Counted from the first letter of the stretch, positions 1 to 8,342 are shown. The stretch is DNA of 11,285 bases from Candidatus Hydrogenedentota bacterium (GCA_034408725.1 JAWXCN010000078.1:1-11285), one strand, 5' to 3'. The notes: generated from the sequence alone by a model not told the origin. Program-made: numbers and translations.

Positions 1-1
1 G

Positions 2-289
2 CGCTATACTGCGAACATGAGCAAGGCCAAGCGGACGGGAAAGATTTATGTTGACTACCTGCGTAATGCGCGCGGAGCGACATTCATCGTTCCGTTCAGC
101 ACGCGGGCGAGGGCCAGCGCGCCCGTCTCGATGCCACTGGATTGGCATGCACTCGATGAATCAGTTGATCCTGCGCAATGGACTATCGCCAACGCACTCG
201 ACTGGATTCGAGAAAGGCCGGACCCCTGGAAAGATTTTTTCTCCGTTCGACAGAGTCTGGCATCGGCATTGAAGAAATTGAGCGCATAG
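2..289 (+). CDS. ligD: LigD (NHEJ) polymerase/primase (Prim-Pol) domain, C-terminal part; 5'-truncated by the window edge
   Basis: The frame is open from base 2 (RYTANMSKAKRTGKIYVDYLRNARGATFIVPFSTRARASAPVSMPLDW). This matches the LigD Pol-domain C-terminal motifs SKxxRxGKI(F/Y)xDYLRN, PxSxRAR and APVSxPLxW. Stop TAG at 287-289. The ATG at 17 is internal. Confidence 0.9.
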   Translation, partial: RYTANMSKAKRTGKIYVDYLRNARGATFIVPFSTRARASAPVSMPLDWHALDESVDPAQWTIANALDWIRERPDPWKDFFSVRQSLASALKKLSA

Positions 290-344
290 ACGAATTACTG
301 CGCGGCGTAGCCAACCCCAATCCGCGCCACCATCTATCGAATGC

Positions 345-374
345 TTGACATCTGCTCGTGAATTTTGGCACGAT
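345..374 (+). promoter_or_regulatory. Putative sigma70-type promoter for the V/A-ATPase operon
   Basis: Perfect -35 TTGACA (345-350), an 18-nt spacer ending in an extended -10 TGn (TGG 366-368), and -10-like CACGAT (369-374, keeps the conserved A2, A5 and T6). Implies a transcription start near 380-382. Confidence 0.6.
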
Positions 375-377
375 ACC

Positions 378-446
378 TGTCCGCTTGCGTTTTGGTGCCC
401 AGTCAAGTGACGCCTTCGTGGTGTCGGAGGTGGCTCCAAGCGGGCA
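378..446 (+). ncRNA. Structured cis-regulatory 5' leader RNA; candidate DUF1646/Na+-I riboswitch-like aptamer
   Basis: Nested pairing read by eye: P1 TGTCCGCTTG(378-387)/CAAGCGGGCA(437-446); P2 AGTCA(401-405)/TGGCT(431-435); P3 TGACGCC(408-414)/GGTGTCG(420-426) with a TTCGT loop. It contains the blocks GTGCCC, AAGTG and AGGT and lies between the promoter and the first ATPase gene. The family assignment is from memory and has not been verified. Confidence 0.5.
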
Positions 447-492
447 ATTCGGGGCGATATTTCTCGAACCCACTATCTCGTGATGGAGTACC

Positions 493-840
493 GTGGAAAA
501 AACTAGACATCAGTCTGCCTCCGCGTCAGCCTTGCCAGCCATTGCCAGGCATGAAAAGATGCTTATCGAGAAGGAAGGTTCGACCGCGGCCGAGGCGAAG
601 CAATTAGTGGAACGCGCGCGCACCGATGCGTTTTCCGTTCAGGAAGATTGCAGCCGTGCGATCGCCGCCGAAGTGGCTGCCATTAAGCGTGAGGGGGAGG
701 AAACCCGCGAAAGCGAGCGCCAGCGCTATTTAGCAGATTTTGAACGCAAACTCCAGGCGTTGCGTGAAGATGCCAAGGTCCGTGCGCAAACCGCTATCAA
801 CGCGGTAGTTGCACTAGTGCTGCCAAGAGGAGCCCGCTGA
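493..840 (+). CDS. V/A-type ATP synthase peripheral stalk subunit G/H
   Basis: 115-aa charged, Ala/Glu/Arg-rich coiled-coil protein (AAEAKQLVERARTDA...AINAVVALVL). First gene of the operon, where G (Thermus) or H (archaea) sits. GTG start with GGAG at 485-488. The stop overlaps the subunit I start (TGATG 838-842). Confidence 0.75.
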   Translation: MEKTRHQSASASALPAIARHEKMLIEKEGSTAAEAKQLVERARTDAFSVQEDCSRAIAAEVAAIKREGEETRESERQRYLADFERKLQALREDAKVRAQTAINAVVALVLPRGAR

Positions 841-2765
841 TGGGAATCGCCAGAATGGAACGTCTGGAAATCATCTGCCTTCGCGGGCAGCTTCCCGGCG
901 TGACGGCGCACCTGCAAGAATTGGGTGTCATGCACCTTGAAGAAGTTGCGCTAGCCGTCGAGGAGGCCCCGGAATACCTCAACCGCGTCGAACTCAGCGA
1001 CGACCAGAAGAAAGAGTCCAACGCATTCGAGGACCTGCATCGCGCAGCCAAAGAAGTGCTGCCATTGTTGTCCATAAAGGCTTCGGCACAAGACATAAAC
1101 GCCGCCGCGGCCGTTTTGGGGCAAAAATCTGACCATGACCTTGAGCGTCTCGTTGCCGCACGGGCGCGCGAAATCCGGTCATTGACGCGCCGCAAACTCA
1201 ACGCGCTAGATAACATCGAGCTGCTCGAACAGTTCCAGAAGGTGCTGGAAAACGTCGTGCCGCTGTTTGGCGGCCGCGACGTCGCATTCGGCAAGGAAGC
1301 CCGTGCCATCGTGCTCAAGGGCGACGTGGATACCGCGTTGGCGCGCCTTGAAGATCGCCGCCGGTCGGAACTTGGCGCGGAGAGCAAGCTGATCCATCAG
1401 CGCATTGCGCGCAACCATATCGTCGCCGTGATTACCTATCCGCCGCAATTAAATGATCAGGTGGGACGCATCCTGCTAGAAGAACACATTGCGCCGGTCG
1501 ATCCGCCGGACAAACGCATCGTCGGCGCCGGCTCGAATCAGGTGATCAACCAAATCCGGGAATCACTGGAATCGAACCGGGGCCAACTGGCGACAATCAA
1601 TACCGCGATCGCGGCCTTCTCGAAGCAGCAAGGCGCGGAAGTTACCGCGCTCGCGTTGGTGTTGGAAGACAAACTGGAGCGTTTCACCATCGTCAATCAG
1701 TTTGCCCAAAGTAACATGATCGCCGTTTTGAACGGCTGGATTCCGGCGGACGAGGCCGACGCGCTGGCGTCGCGGCTTGAAAAGGAATTCGCGGGTAACG
1801 TCACCGTCTCGAAACTTGGCGTAGCCAACGTCGAAGTACACCAGGTCCCGACCTTGCTGCGCAACAAGGGCATTTTCAAGCACTACGAGGTGCTGCTGTC
1901 GCTTTTCCGCCCTCCCACCTACGGCAGTTTCGATCCGACCGTGTTGGTGGCGGTGGCATTCACGCTTTTCTACGGATTCATTCTCGGCGACATGCTGTAC
2001 GCGGTTGTCGTAATACTTTTCGCGAAATGGCTCGGCAGGAAATTTGCCCATATCGAGGCGGTACGTTCGGCAAGCCATGTTGGCGTTTACATGGGGATTT
2101 CCGGATTCATATTCGGGTTCCTGTACATGGAATTCGCCGGTGACTTGCCGCAACGCCTCTTCGACCTGCAACCGATTTGGATTCACCGCAGCCACGACAT
2201 TCCGACGTTGATGTTATACGCGATTCTTATGGGCTGCATTCACGTTCCGCTGTCGCTCATCATTGGATTCTGGACCCATTGGAAGCACCATCATATTGCG
2301 CACGCACTCGAGAAACTGGCGTTGCTAATCGGCCTGTTGAGCATTGGCCTGATCGCATTGAATTTTCTTGAGGTAGGCTTTTTCGCGGCCCCGGCATTTG
2401 TATATCTCGGCGGCGCGGGCCTCGTCATCTGCTTTGTCATGCTGCTCTACGCACTTGGCGCGATGGGCCTCGTGATGTTCCTGGAAGTCATCTCGCTGTC
2501 AGGAAACGTGCTTTCCTACTGCCGTTTGATGGCCCTCGGACTCGCAGGCGTGATCATCGCCGATTTGGCAAATGCCCTGGGTGCGAGCCTGCCGTGGTAC
2601 ATCGGGATTCCCGCGGCGGCCGTTATTCACGTCTTCAACATTGGCCTTTCCATCTTCAGTCCAACGCTGCACTCGCTGCGTCTTAACTATGTGGAATTTC
2701 TGCCCAAGTTCTACCAGCCGGAAGGCAGAAGCTATAAACCGTTCAAGAAGGAGGCAACATGGTAA
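840..2765 (+). CDS. atpI: V/A-type ATP synthase subunit I (a; NtpI)
   Basis: 641 aa with a soluble N-terminal half and a multi-TM C-terminal half. Motifs GWIP, PTLLRN, PTYGSFDPT, FYGFILGDMLY, SYCRLMALGL (essential Arg) and HSLRLNYVEFLPKFY. Confidence 0.96.
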   Translation: MGIARMERLEIICLRGQLPGVTAHLQELGVMHLEEVALAVEEAPEYLNRVELSDDQKKESNAFEDLHRAAKEVLPLLSIKASAQDINAAAAVLGQKSDHDLERLVAARAREIRSLTRRKLNALDNIELLEQFQKVLENVVPLFGGRDVAFGKEARAIVLKGDVDTALARLEDRRRSELGAESKLIHQRIARNHIVAVITYPPQLNDQVGRILLEEHIAPVDPPDKRIVGAGSNQVINQIRESLESNRGQLATINTAIAAFSKQQGAEVTALALVLEDKLERFTIVNQFAQSNMIAVLNGWIPADEADALASRLEKEFAGNVTVSKLGVANVEVHQVPTLLRNKGIFKHYEVLLSLFRPPTYGSFDPTVLVAVAFTLFYGFILGDMLYAVVVILFAKWLGRKFAHIEAVRSASHVGVYMGISGFIFGFLYMEFAGDLPQRLFDLQPIWIHRSHDIPTLMLYAILMGCIHVPLSLIIGFWTHWKHHHIAHALEKLALLIGLLSIGLIALNFLEVGFFAAPAFVYLGGAGLVICFVMLLYALGAMGLVMFLEVISLSGNVLSYCRLMALGLAGVIIADLANALGASLPWYIGIPAAAVIHVFNIGLSIFSPTLHSLRLNYVEFLPKFYQPEGRSYKPFKKEATW

Positions 2766-3115
2766 TCATTCGTCGGTATTCAAGGATCATCCTGGCGCTG
2801 CTCGCGCTCATCGTGTGTGCGTTTGCATTCGCGCCGCTCGGGTACGCAGCGGAAGGCGCCCCGGAAGCGCGTGACAGCGAAACGGGTGTCGGCGGTGGAC
2901 TTCGCGCGATGGGTCTCGCCATCGGCGCGGGTATCGCCATTGCGGGCGCCGGTCTCGGTACTGGCCGTGCGCAATCCGGCGTAGGCGCGGGTGGTACGGG
3001 TGCGTTGGCGGAGAAGCCGGAACTTTTCGGTAACGTGCTGATCCTGTTCGCGATTCCCGAAACCATCGTAGTGTTCGGGTTCGTTATTGCCATCATGCTC
3101 GTCAACGCCATCTAA
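2759..3115 (+). CDS. atpK: V/A-type ATP synthase rotor proteolipid subunit K (c/L), single hairpin with N-terminal signal-like peptide
   Basis: Gly-rich helix GAGIAIAGAGLGTGRAQ, loop AEKPE, and second helix with the ion-binding Glu in IPETIVVFG. Strong SD AAGGAGG at 2748-2754. The start overlaps the end of subunit I. Confidence 0.95.
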   Translation: MVIIRRYSRIILALLALIVCAFAFAPLGYAAEGAPEARDSETGVGGGLRAMGLAIGAGIAIAGAGLGTGRAQSGVGAGGTGALAEKPELFGNVLILFAIPETIVVFGFVIAIMLVNAI

Positions 3116-3123
3116 CGTTTCCC

Positions 3124-3714
3124 ATGCAGCAGCCCTTGTTTGACACCATGGCGCGCCAGGTGGCTGACCGCTGCCAGGCCGTGCTTGATTCCGCCCGGGC
3201 GGAAGCGGACTCCATCGTTACGGAGGCCCGTGGACGCGCGGACGCGCGGTTGGGCGAGGCCGTGCGCGTCGCGGAGAACGATGCGCGGCGTCTGGCTGAT
3301 CGTGCCCGGCAGTTGCTTGCTGTTCAGTCCGAGCACGAATCGTTGACGATGGAGCAGTCCGTCGCGGATGAGATTCTCCGCTCCGTTGGAGTTGAACTGC
3401 AAAACATCGCGAAGTCCCCGAAATTTCCTGAAATATTCGATGCGCTGCTCACAGAAATTATGGCAGGGGCGCCAAAGGAAGCGCTGGTCAAGGTGCCGCT
3501 TTCCTACGGAGATCGCGCGCGCGCGTGGCTCAAGCAGCATGGTCACGGCGGCGTAACGGTCGAGGAATCGGCAGCGATGATCGACGGTTGCGCAATGCAG
3601 GACGCCGCACGCACGTATCGCGTGACGAACTCGTTGTCCAGCCGGTTGAGCAAGCTGCAAAACGAAGCGCGCAAGGTGTGCCTTGACGCGCTGTTTGGCG
3701 GAGGAGCGGGCTAG
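3124..3714 (+). CDS. atpE: V/A-type ATP synthase subunit E (peripheral stalk)
   Basis: 196 aa. N-terminal coiled coil (VLDSARAEADSIVTEAR) and a C-terminal globular part with the typical pattern IDGC...VTNSLSSRL...LFG. Lies between K and C. Confidence 0.85.
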   Translation: MQQPLFDTMARQVADRCQAVLDSARAEADSIVTEARGRADARLGEAVRVAENDARRLADRARQLLAVQSEHESLTMEQSVADEILRSVGVELQNIAKSPKFPEIFDALLTEIMAGAPKEALVKVPLSYGDRARAWLKQHGHGGVTVEESAAMIDGCAMQDAARTYRVTNSLSSRLSKLQNEARKVCLDALFGGGAG

Positions 3715-4770
3715 ATGGAAAGCGTCGAAGCATTCGCTCCCTATATGAACGCGCGCGTCAGCGGGATGCGCAGCAAATTGTTTGCGCCGCAGCATCTCGA
3801 AGATCTCTTGAACTTCAACGACGTCGCAAAGATCAGCGATGACCTGCTGCAATCCCCGTATCAACAGGAAATGGCCGAAGCCCTCACGCGCCATCAAGGC
3901 GCGGACGCCATCGAGGACGCGGTTTCGCGCAATCTCGTGAACGCATTTCAGGCGCTGTCGCGCATGGCGGCCGGCCCCTTGCAGGACCTCGCGGACCGTT
4001 TCCTGATGCGCTGGGACTTAACGGCGGTGAAGATGCTGCTTCGTCTTCGCCATCATGGGATTGACTCCGCAACGCCGCTTGCGCCGGGCCCGAATTTGAC
4101 CGTGCCGCTCATGAAATCGTTCGCCGAACGCACCTCGATGGAAGAATTGGTTTCGGCGCTTGTTACGTGGAAACCGGACCTGTGCGCGCCGTTGGCCGCC
4201 GCGATGGTCGAGTACCGGCAGCAGCAGAATAATCTTGCGGTGTTGGAGGACGCGTTAGACCGCGGCTACTTCGTGAAGAATGTTGCCGCACTGCGTTCGC
4301 GCATTGATGAAGACAGCAAGGTCCTTCGCAGCGTGCTTCGCATGGAAATAGATCGGGTGAACCTTCGCCTTTTGCTGCAAATGCGCGAAGGCCATCAAAA
4401 CGCGGATTCGCTTGCCTCGCGCCTTTTGCCGTCGGGTTGGCTCAATGAAAACGTCCTGCGCGAAATGGCCAATGCGCGCGATGCTTCGCATGCCATGGAA
4501 TTTCTGGCGAACACCCCGTACCACGACCTAGCGCAAGACCTGTACGCGTATGTTCAGAGCGCGCGCTTCTCGCCGATGGACCGGCACTTTGACGTGCTTA
4601 TCATCCGGTACCTTCGTCACGAGATGCATGCGCGCGTGATGAGCTTTGCGGTGCTGATGCACTATGCGTGGTCGAAATACAACGAAGCGGTGAACCTGCG
4701 CCTGATTGCGCGGGGCGTCGCGGCCAATCTCCCGCTCGGAAAAATTCGCGAGGAGATGATGAATGCCTAA
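3715..4770 (+). CDS. atpC: V/A-type ATP synthase subunit C (d; vATP-synt_AC39 family)
   Basis: 351 aa with motifs YMNARVSGMRSKL, WDLTAVKMLLR, LEDALDRGYF, EIDRVNLRLLL and EAVNLRLIARG. SD GGAGGAG at 3700-3706. Abuts the subunit E stop. Confidence 0.93.
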   Translation: MESVEAFAPYMNARVSGMRSKLFAPQHLEDLLNFNDVAKISDDLLQSPYQQEMAEALTRHQGADAIEDAVSRNLVNAFQALSRMAAGPLQDLADRFLMRWDLTAVKMLLRLRHHGIDSATPLAPGPNLTVPLMKSFAERTSMEELVSALVTWKPDLCAPLAAAMVEYRQQQNNLAVLEDALDRGYFVKNVAALRSRIDEDSKVLRSVLRMEIDRVNLRLLLQMREGHQNADSLASRLLPSGWLNENVLREMANARDASHAMEFLANTPYHDLAQDLYAYVQSARFSPMDRHFDVLIIRYLRHEMHARVMSFAVLMHYAWSKYNEAVNLRLIARGVAANLPLGKIREEMMNA

Positions 4771-5086
4771 TGTCATCGCCCTCACGCACGGCCAGACTTC
4801 GTTACAGCTTTCGTTGGCAGGCGTTTTTGTGGAAGAGACATCCAAGGTCGAGGACGCGGAAAAGCGTCTTGGCCAGTTGCTTGAATCGCGCGAGGCCCGA
4901 GTGGTCATCGTGCAGGAGGAGTATCGTGCGCAATTTACCGAATGGTTTTCGGAGCGGCTCCGGCGCCACAAGGGGTTGCCCCTTATCGTGTATTGTCCCG
5001 CGTTCGATCAAGAAGACTCGAACGTGGATGCGTACCTCACCGCGGTGCTCAAGCCCGCAATAGGCTATGAAATCAGATTGGAGTGA
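4763..5086 (+). CDS. atpF: V/A-type ATP synthase subunit F
   Basis: 107 aa with LSLAGV, a VVIVQE strand, PLIVYCP and C-terminal LKPAIGYEI, typical of subunit F. Lies between C and A and overlaps the C stop. Confidence 0.88.
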   Translation: MPNVIALTHGQTSLQLSLAGVFVEETSKVEDAEKRLGQLLESREARVVIVQEEYRAQFTEWFSERLRRHKGLPLIVYCPAFDQEDSNVDAYLTAVLKPAIGYEIRLE

Positions 5087-5092
5087 CCTACC

Positions 5093-6877
5093 ATGTCCTC
5101 GACCCAACAAACCGGTAAACTGACCCGCATCTCCGGGCCGATGATCGCGGCCGACGGCATGCTCGGCGTCGCCATGGGCGAAATCCTGCGCGTCGGCAAC
5201 CTCGGATTGATGGGCGAAGTGATCCGCATCGATGGTGAAACGATTTTTGCGCAGGTGTTTGAAGACACTTCCGGCATGTATCTCGGCGAACCGGTTACGC
5301 CTTTGGGCAAACCCCTGGCGGTTGAACTTGGACCGGGCCTGCTCGGTTCGACGTATGACGGCATCCAACGTCCGCTGATTACCTTGCAATCACTCTCCGG
5401 TGATTTCATCAGCCGCGGTCTTACCGCGGACGCGCTTGACCGCACCAAGAAGTGGAGCTTTACGCCGGTCGCGAAAATTGGCGAAACCGTTATGCAGGGA
5501 GACATCCTCGGCACGGTGCCCGAAACCAAAACGATCACGCACAAGGTCATGGTGCCTCCCGGCAAGGGCGGAGTCGTCAAGTCGATGGTCGGCGCGGGCG
5601 AGTATACGAACCAGGAAATCATCGCAACGCTCGACAACGGCACGCAACTTACCATGACGCACTTCTGGCCGGTGAAGCAGCCGCGCCCGAGCGCGCGCAA
5701 GCTGCGCACAGACCGGCCATTCCTCACGGGCCAGCGCGTACTCGACTGCCTGTTCCCCATCGCCCTCGGCGGTTCGGCCATCGTGCCCGGCGGTTTCGGC
5801 ACCGGCAAAACGGTCGTGGAACAAACCCTGTCGAAGTATTGCAACGCCGACATCATCATCTACGTCGGTTGTGGCGAGCGTGGAAACGAAATGGCCGACG
5901 TGCTCGACGAGTTTCCCCACCTGAAAGACCCGAAAACCGGTGACTCCCTCATGAGCCGGACGGTGCTGGTGGTGAATACCTCGAATATGCCGGTGGCCGC
6001 GCGCGACGCGTCGGTCTATACAGGCATTACACTTGCCGAATACTACCGCGATCAGGGCTACGATGTGGCCATCATGGCAGACTCGACCAGCCGCTGGGCG
6101 GAAGCGCTCCGCGAAATTTCGTCCCGCCTGGAAGAAATGCCCGGTGAAGAAGGCTACCCGACGTATCTCGCTTCGCGTATTTCAGAGTTCTACGAACGGA
6201 GCGGCCGTGTGGCGTGCGTCGGCAGCGACGCCGGCACGGACAACGAACGCTACGGTTCACTGACCATCGTGGGCGCGGTGTCGCCTCCCGGCGGTGATAT
6301 GTCCGAGCCGGTGACGCAAAACTCGCAGCGTGTCGCGGGAGCCTTATGGTCGCTCGACGCGGCTTTGGCGTACAGCCGGCACTATCCCTCGGTGAACTGG
6401 AACCGCAGCTACACACTCTATTTTGCGGAGCTAGATCCGTGGTTCGAGGCGAACGCGCCGAAAACCTGGATGCAGAACCGGCAAGCGATTCAGACGTTGC
6501 TGCAAAAGGACGCAGAGCTTCAGGAAGTCGTCCAGCTTGTCGGTCCCGACGCGCTCCAGGACCAGGAGCGCCTGATCCTCGATATTTCGCGGATGATCCG
6601 TGAAGTGTTCCTGCAACAAAACGCCTACTCGGAAAACGACGCGTACTGTTCGCTCGAGAAGGGCTGCGCACTGCTGGACGCGGTAATCGAATTCTACGAG
6701 ACCTCGAAAAAGGTGCTGGATCAGGGCGTGACGCTTGTCCGCATCATGGAACTGCCCGTGCGCGAAAACATTTCGCGCCTTCGCGAAGAATCCAATGCAA
6801 CCATCGCCGAAAGCCAGAAAGTCGTGATCGAAGAGATGAGAACGCTACTGGCCGACCTCGGATCGAGAAAAGGGTAA
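5093..6877 (+). CDS. atpA: V/A-type ATP synthase catalytic subunit A
   Basis: 594 aa. ISGP, LAVELGPGLLG, Walker A GGFGTGKT, GCGERGNEM, NTSNMPVAAR, Walker B MADSTSRWAEALREIS, EEMPGEEGYP and SPPGGD. No intein. Confidence 0.98.
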   Translation: MSSTQQTGKLTRISGPMIAADGMLGVAMGEILRVGNLGLMGEVIRIDGETIFAQVFEDTSGMYLGEPVTPLGKPLAVELGPGLLGSTYDGIQRPLITLQSLSGDFISRGLTADALDRTKKWSFTPVAKIGETVMQGDILGTVPETKTITHKVMVPPGKGGVVKSMVGAGEYTNQEIIATLDNGTQLTMTHFWPVKQPRPSARKLRTDRPFLTGQRVLDCLFPIALGGSAIVPGGFGTGKTVVEQTLSKYCNADIIIYVGCGERGNEMADVLDEFPHLKDPKTGDSLMSRTVLVVNTSNMPVAARDASVYTGITLAEYYRDQGYDVAIMADSTSRWAEALREISSRLEEMPGEEGYPTYLASRISEFYERSGRVACVGSDAGTDNERYGSLTIVGAVSPPGGDMSEPVTQNSQRVAGALWSLDAALAYSRHYPSVNWNRSYTLYFAELDPWFEANAPKTWMQNRQAIQTLLQKDAELQEVVQLVGPDALQDQERLILDISRMIREVFLQQNAYSENDAYCSLEKGCALLDAVIEFYETSKKVLDQGVTLVRIMELPVRENISRLREESNATIAESQKVVIEEMRTLLADLGSRKG

Positions 6878-6883
6878 CCCACC

Positions 6884-8290
6884 ATGGAAACTACGACCAC
6901 CCAGGCGCCCAATTTGCTCCACCAGGAGTTTTGGGACCTCAAATATGTGTCCGGGCCGCTCGTGTTCCTGGGCAACGGCGACCGCTTCCCGACGGGCGCC
7001 ATCCTCGAACTCGTTTCCGAGAATGGTATCGCCCGGCAGGGGCAGGTGCTCGAAGCGAACAAGAAGTACGCAATCGTGCAGGTGCTACAAGGCACCCAGG
7101 GCATTGATATCAAGCGCGTTTCCGTGTCGCTCAGTAAGGAGGCCGCGCGCATCGGCGTGTCGAAGGAGCTCATTGGCCGCACCTTCAACGGTACCGGCGA
7201 TCCGATTGACGGCATGCCGCCGGTTGTCGCCGAAAAGGAAATCGACATCATCGGTACGGCCATCAACCCCGTATCGCGCAACAAGCCGAATGACTTCATC
7301 GAAACCGGCCTTTCGACCATCGACGGGTTCAATACGCTGGTCCGCGGGCAGAAGCTGCCAATCTTTTTTGGCTCTGGTCTTCCCGCGAACGAAGTCGCCA
7401 ACTTCATCGTGCAAAACGCGCAGGTTAAGGGCGAAGCAGAAGACTTCGTCGTGGTGTTTGGCGCGATGGGCCTGACGGAACGCGAAGCCGCGTACTTTAT
7501 GCGGTCGTTCGAGGAAGGCGGCCAGAAGTCGCGCGTGGTTTCGTTTATCAACAAGGCGGGCGACCCGGCTATCGAGCGTATTTTCACGCCCCGTTGCGCG
7601 CTTACCGTCGCCGAGTATCTTGCATTCGAACACGACTACCAGGTGCTTGTGATTCTCACCGACATGACCAGTTACTGCGAGGCGCTGCGCCAGATTTCGT
7701 CCGCGCGCGAAGAAATCCCCGGACGCCGCGGCTATCCCGGTTACATGTACACCGACTTATCGACAATTTACGAGCGCGCGGGCCGTATCCACGGCAAGAA
7801 GGGATCGGTCACGCAGGTGCCGATGCTGACGATGCCGGACGACGACATCACGCACCCGATCCCCGATTTGACCGGCTACATCACCGAGGGCCAGATCGTA
7901 TTGTCGCGTCCGCTGCACCGCCAGGGCGTGTTCCCGCCGGTGGACCTGTTGCCGTGCCTGTCGCGGCTGATGAACAACGGTATCGGCGAAGGCCGCACGC
8001 GCGGCGATCACCGCGCGGTTGCAAACCAGTTGTACGCGTCCTACGCGCGCGGCCGCAACGTGCGCAAGTTGATGGCCATCGTCGGTGAAGACGCATTGGG
8101 CGATCTCGACAAGAAATATTTGAAGTTCGCGATCGAATTTGAGCGCACCATGATCGGCCAAGCCGTCCGCCGCACGATCGAGGAGACGCTCGACACGGGC
8201 TGGAAGCTGCTCGGCATTCTGCCGACGGCGGAACTGACCCGCGTATCCCGCGATCAGGTGGCCCAGTATTACAAAGAATGGACTGAGTAG
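6884..8290 (+). CDS. atpB: V/A-type ATP synthase non-catalytic subunit B
   Basis: 468 aa with [59 protein letters not shown] and [20 protein letters not shown]. Confidence 0.98.
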   Translation: METTTTQAPNLLHQEFWDLKYVSGPLVFLGNGDRFPTGAILELVSENGIARQGQVLEANKKYAIVQVLQGTQGIDIKRVSVSLSKEAARIGVSKELIGRTFNGTGDPIDGMPPVVAEKEIDIIGTAINPVSRNKPNDFIETGLSTIDGFNTLVRGQKLPIFFGSGLPANEVANFIVQNAQVKGEAEDFVVVFGAMGLTEREAAYFMRSFEEGGQKSRVVSFINKAGDPAIERIFTPRCALTVAEYLAFEHDYQVLVILTDMTSYCEALRQISSAREEIPGRRGYPGYMYTDLSTIYERAGRIHGKKGSVTQVPMLTMPDDDITHPIPDLTGYITEGQIVLSRPLHRQGVFPPVDLLPCLSRLMNNGIGEGRTRGDHRAVANQLYASYARGRNVRKLMAIVGEDALGDLDKKYLKFAIEFERTMIGQAVRRTIEETLDTGWKLLGILPTAELTRVSRDQVAQYYKEWTE

Positions 8291-8318
8291 GGTTAGCGTT
8301 TGCGAGTTAGACGAATCG

Positions 8319-8342
8319 GGAGGGCGCGCGTCCCCGCGCGCT
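8319..8342 (+). repeat. REP-like extragenic palindrome (GGAG tetranucleotide + GC hairpin)
   Basis: GGAG (8319-8322), one spacer G, then GCGCGCG (8324-8330), loop TCCC, CGCGCGC (8335-8341), inside the 74-nt B-D spacer. This matches the G(T/G)AG-plus-palindrome REP architecture, but only one full copy is present in the window. Confidence 0.45.

Noticed and set aside
17-289. A complete 90-aa protein starting at ATG 17
   Set aside because: The frame is open to the window edge and the sequence is the C-terminal portion of a LigD Pol domain, so the true start lies upstream.
287-295. 9-mer TAGACGAAT repeated at 8308-8316
   Set aside because: Many 9-mer repeats are expected by chance in 11 kb, and the similarity does not extend further.
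300-327. GCGCGG/CCGCGC inverted repeat after ligD as a terminator
   Set aside because: Only a 6-bp stem with a 16-nt loop and no U-tract, too weak to call.
365-380. Sigma54-like promoter TTGGCACG-ATAC-CTGT
   Set aside because: The -24 element TGGCACG is perfect, but the -12 position reads CTGT instead of TTGC (GG-N10-GT, not GC). The same bases are better explained as the extended -10 of the TTGACA promoter.
479-532. GATGGAGT resembles the fluoride (crcB) riboswitch core
   Set aside because: The flanking P1 pairing and the downstream GATGACTCC-like pseudoknot partner are absent. The sequence is the SD/start region of the first ATPase gene.
365-607. 80-aa ORF spanning the leader (possible leader peptide)
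   Set aside because: TTG start inside the promoter and upstream of the predicted TSS, no SD, out-of-frame overlap with subunit G/H and no recognisable motif.
5093-8290. Intein or frameshift in subunits A/B
   Set aside because: Both have normal lengths (594 and 468 aa), and Walker A is followed directly by the expected sequence (GKTVVEQTLSK). No insertion is visible.
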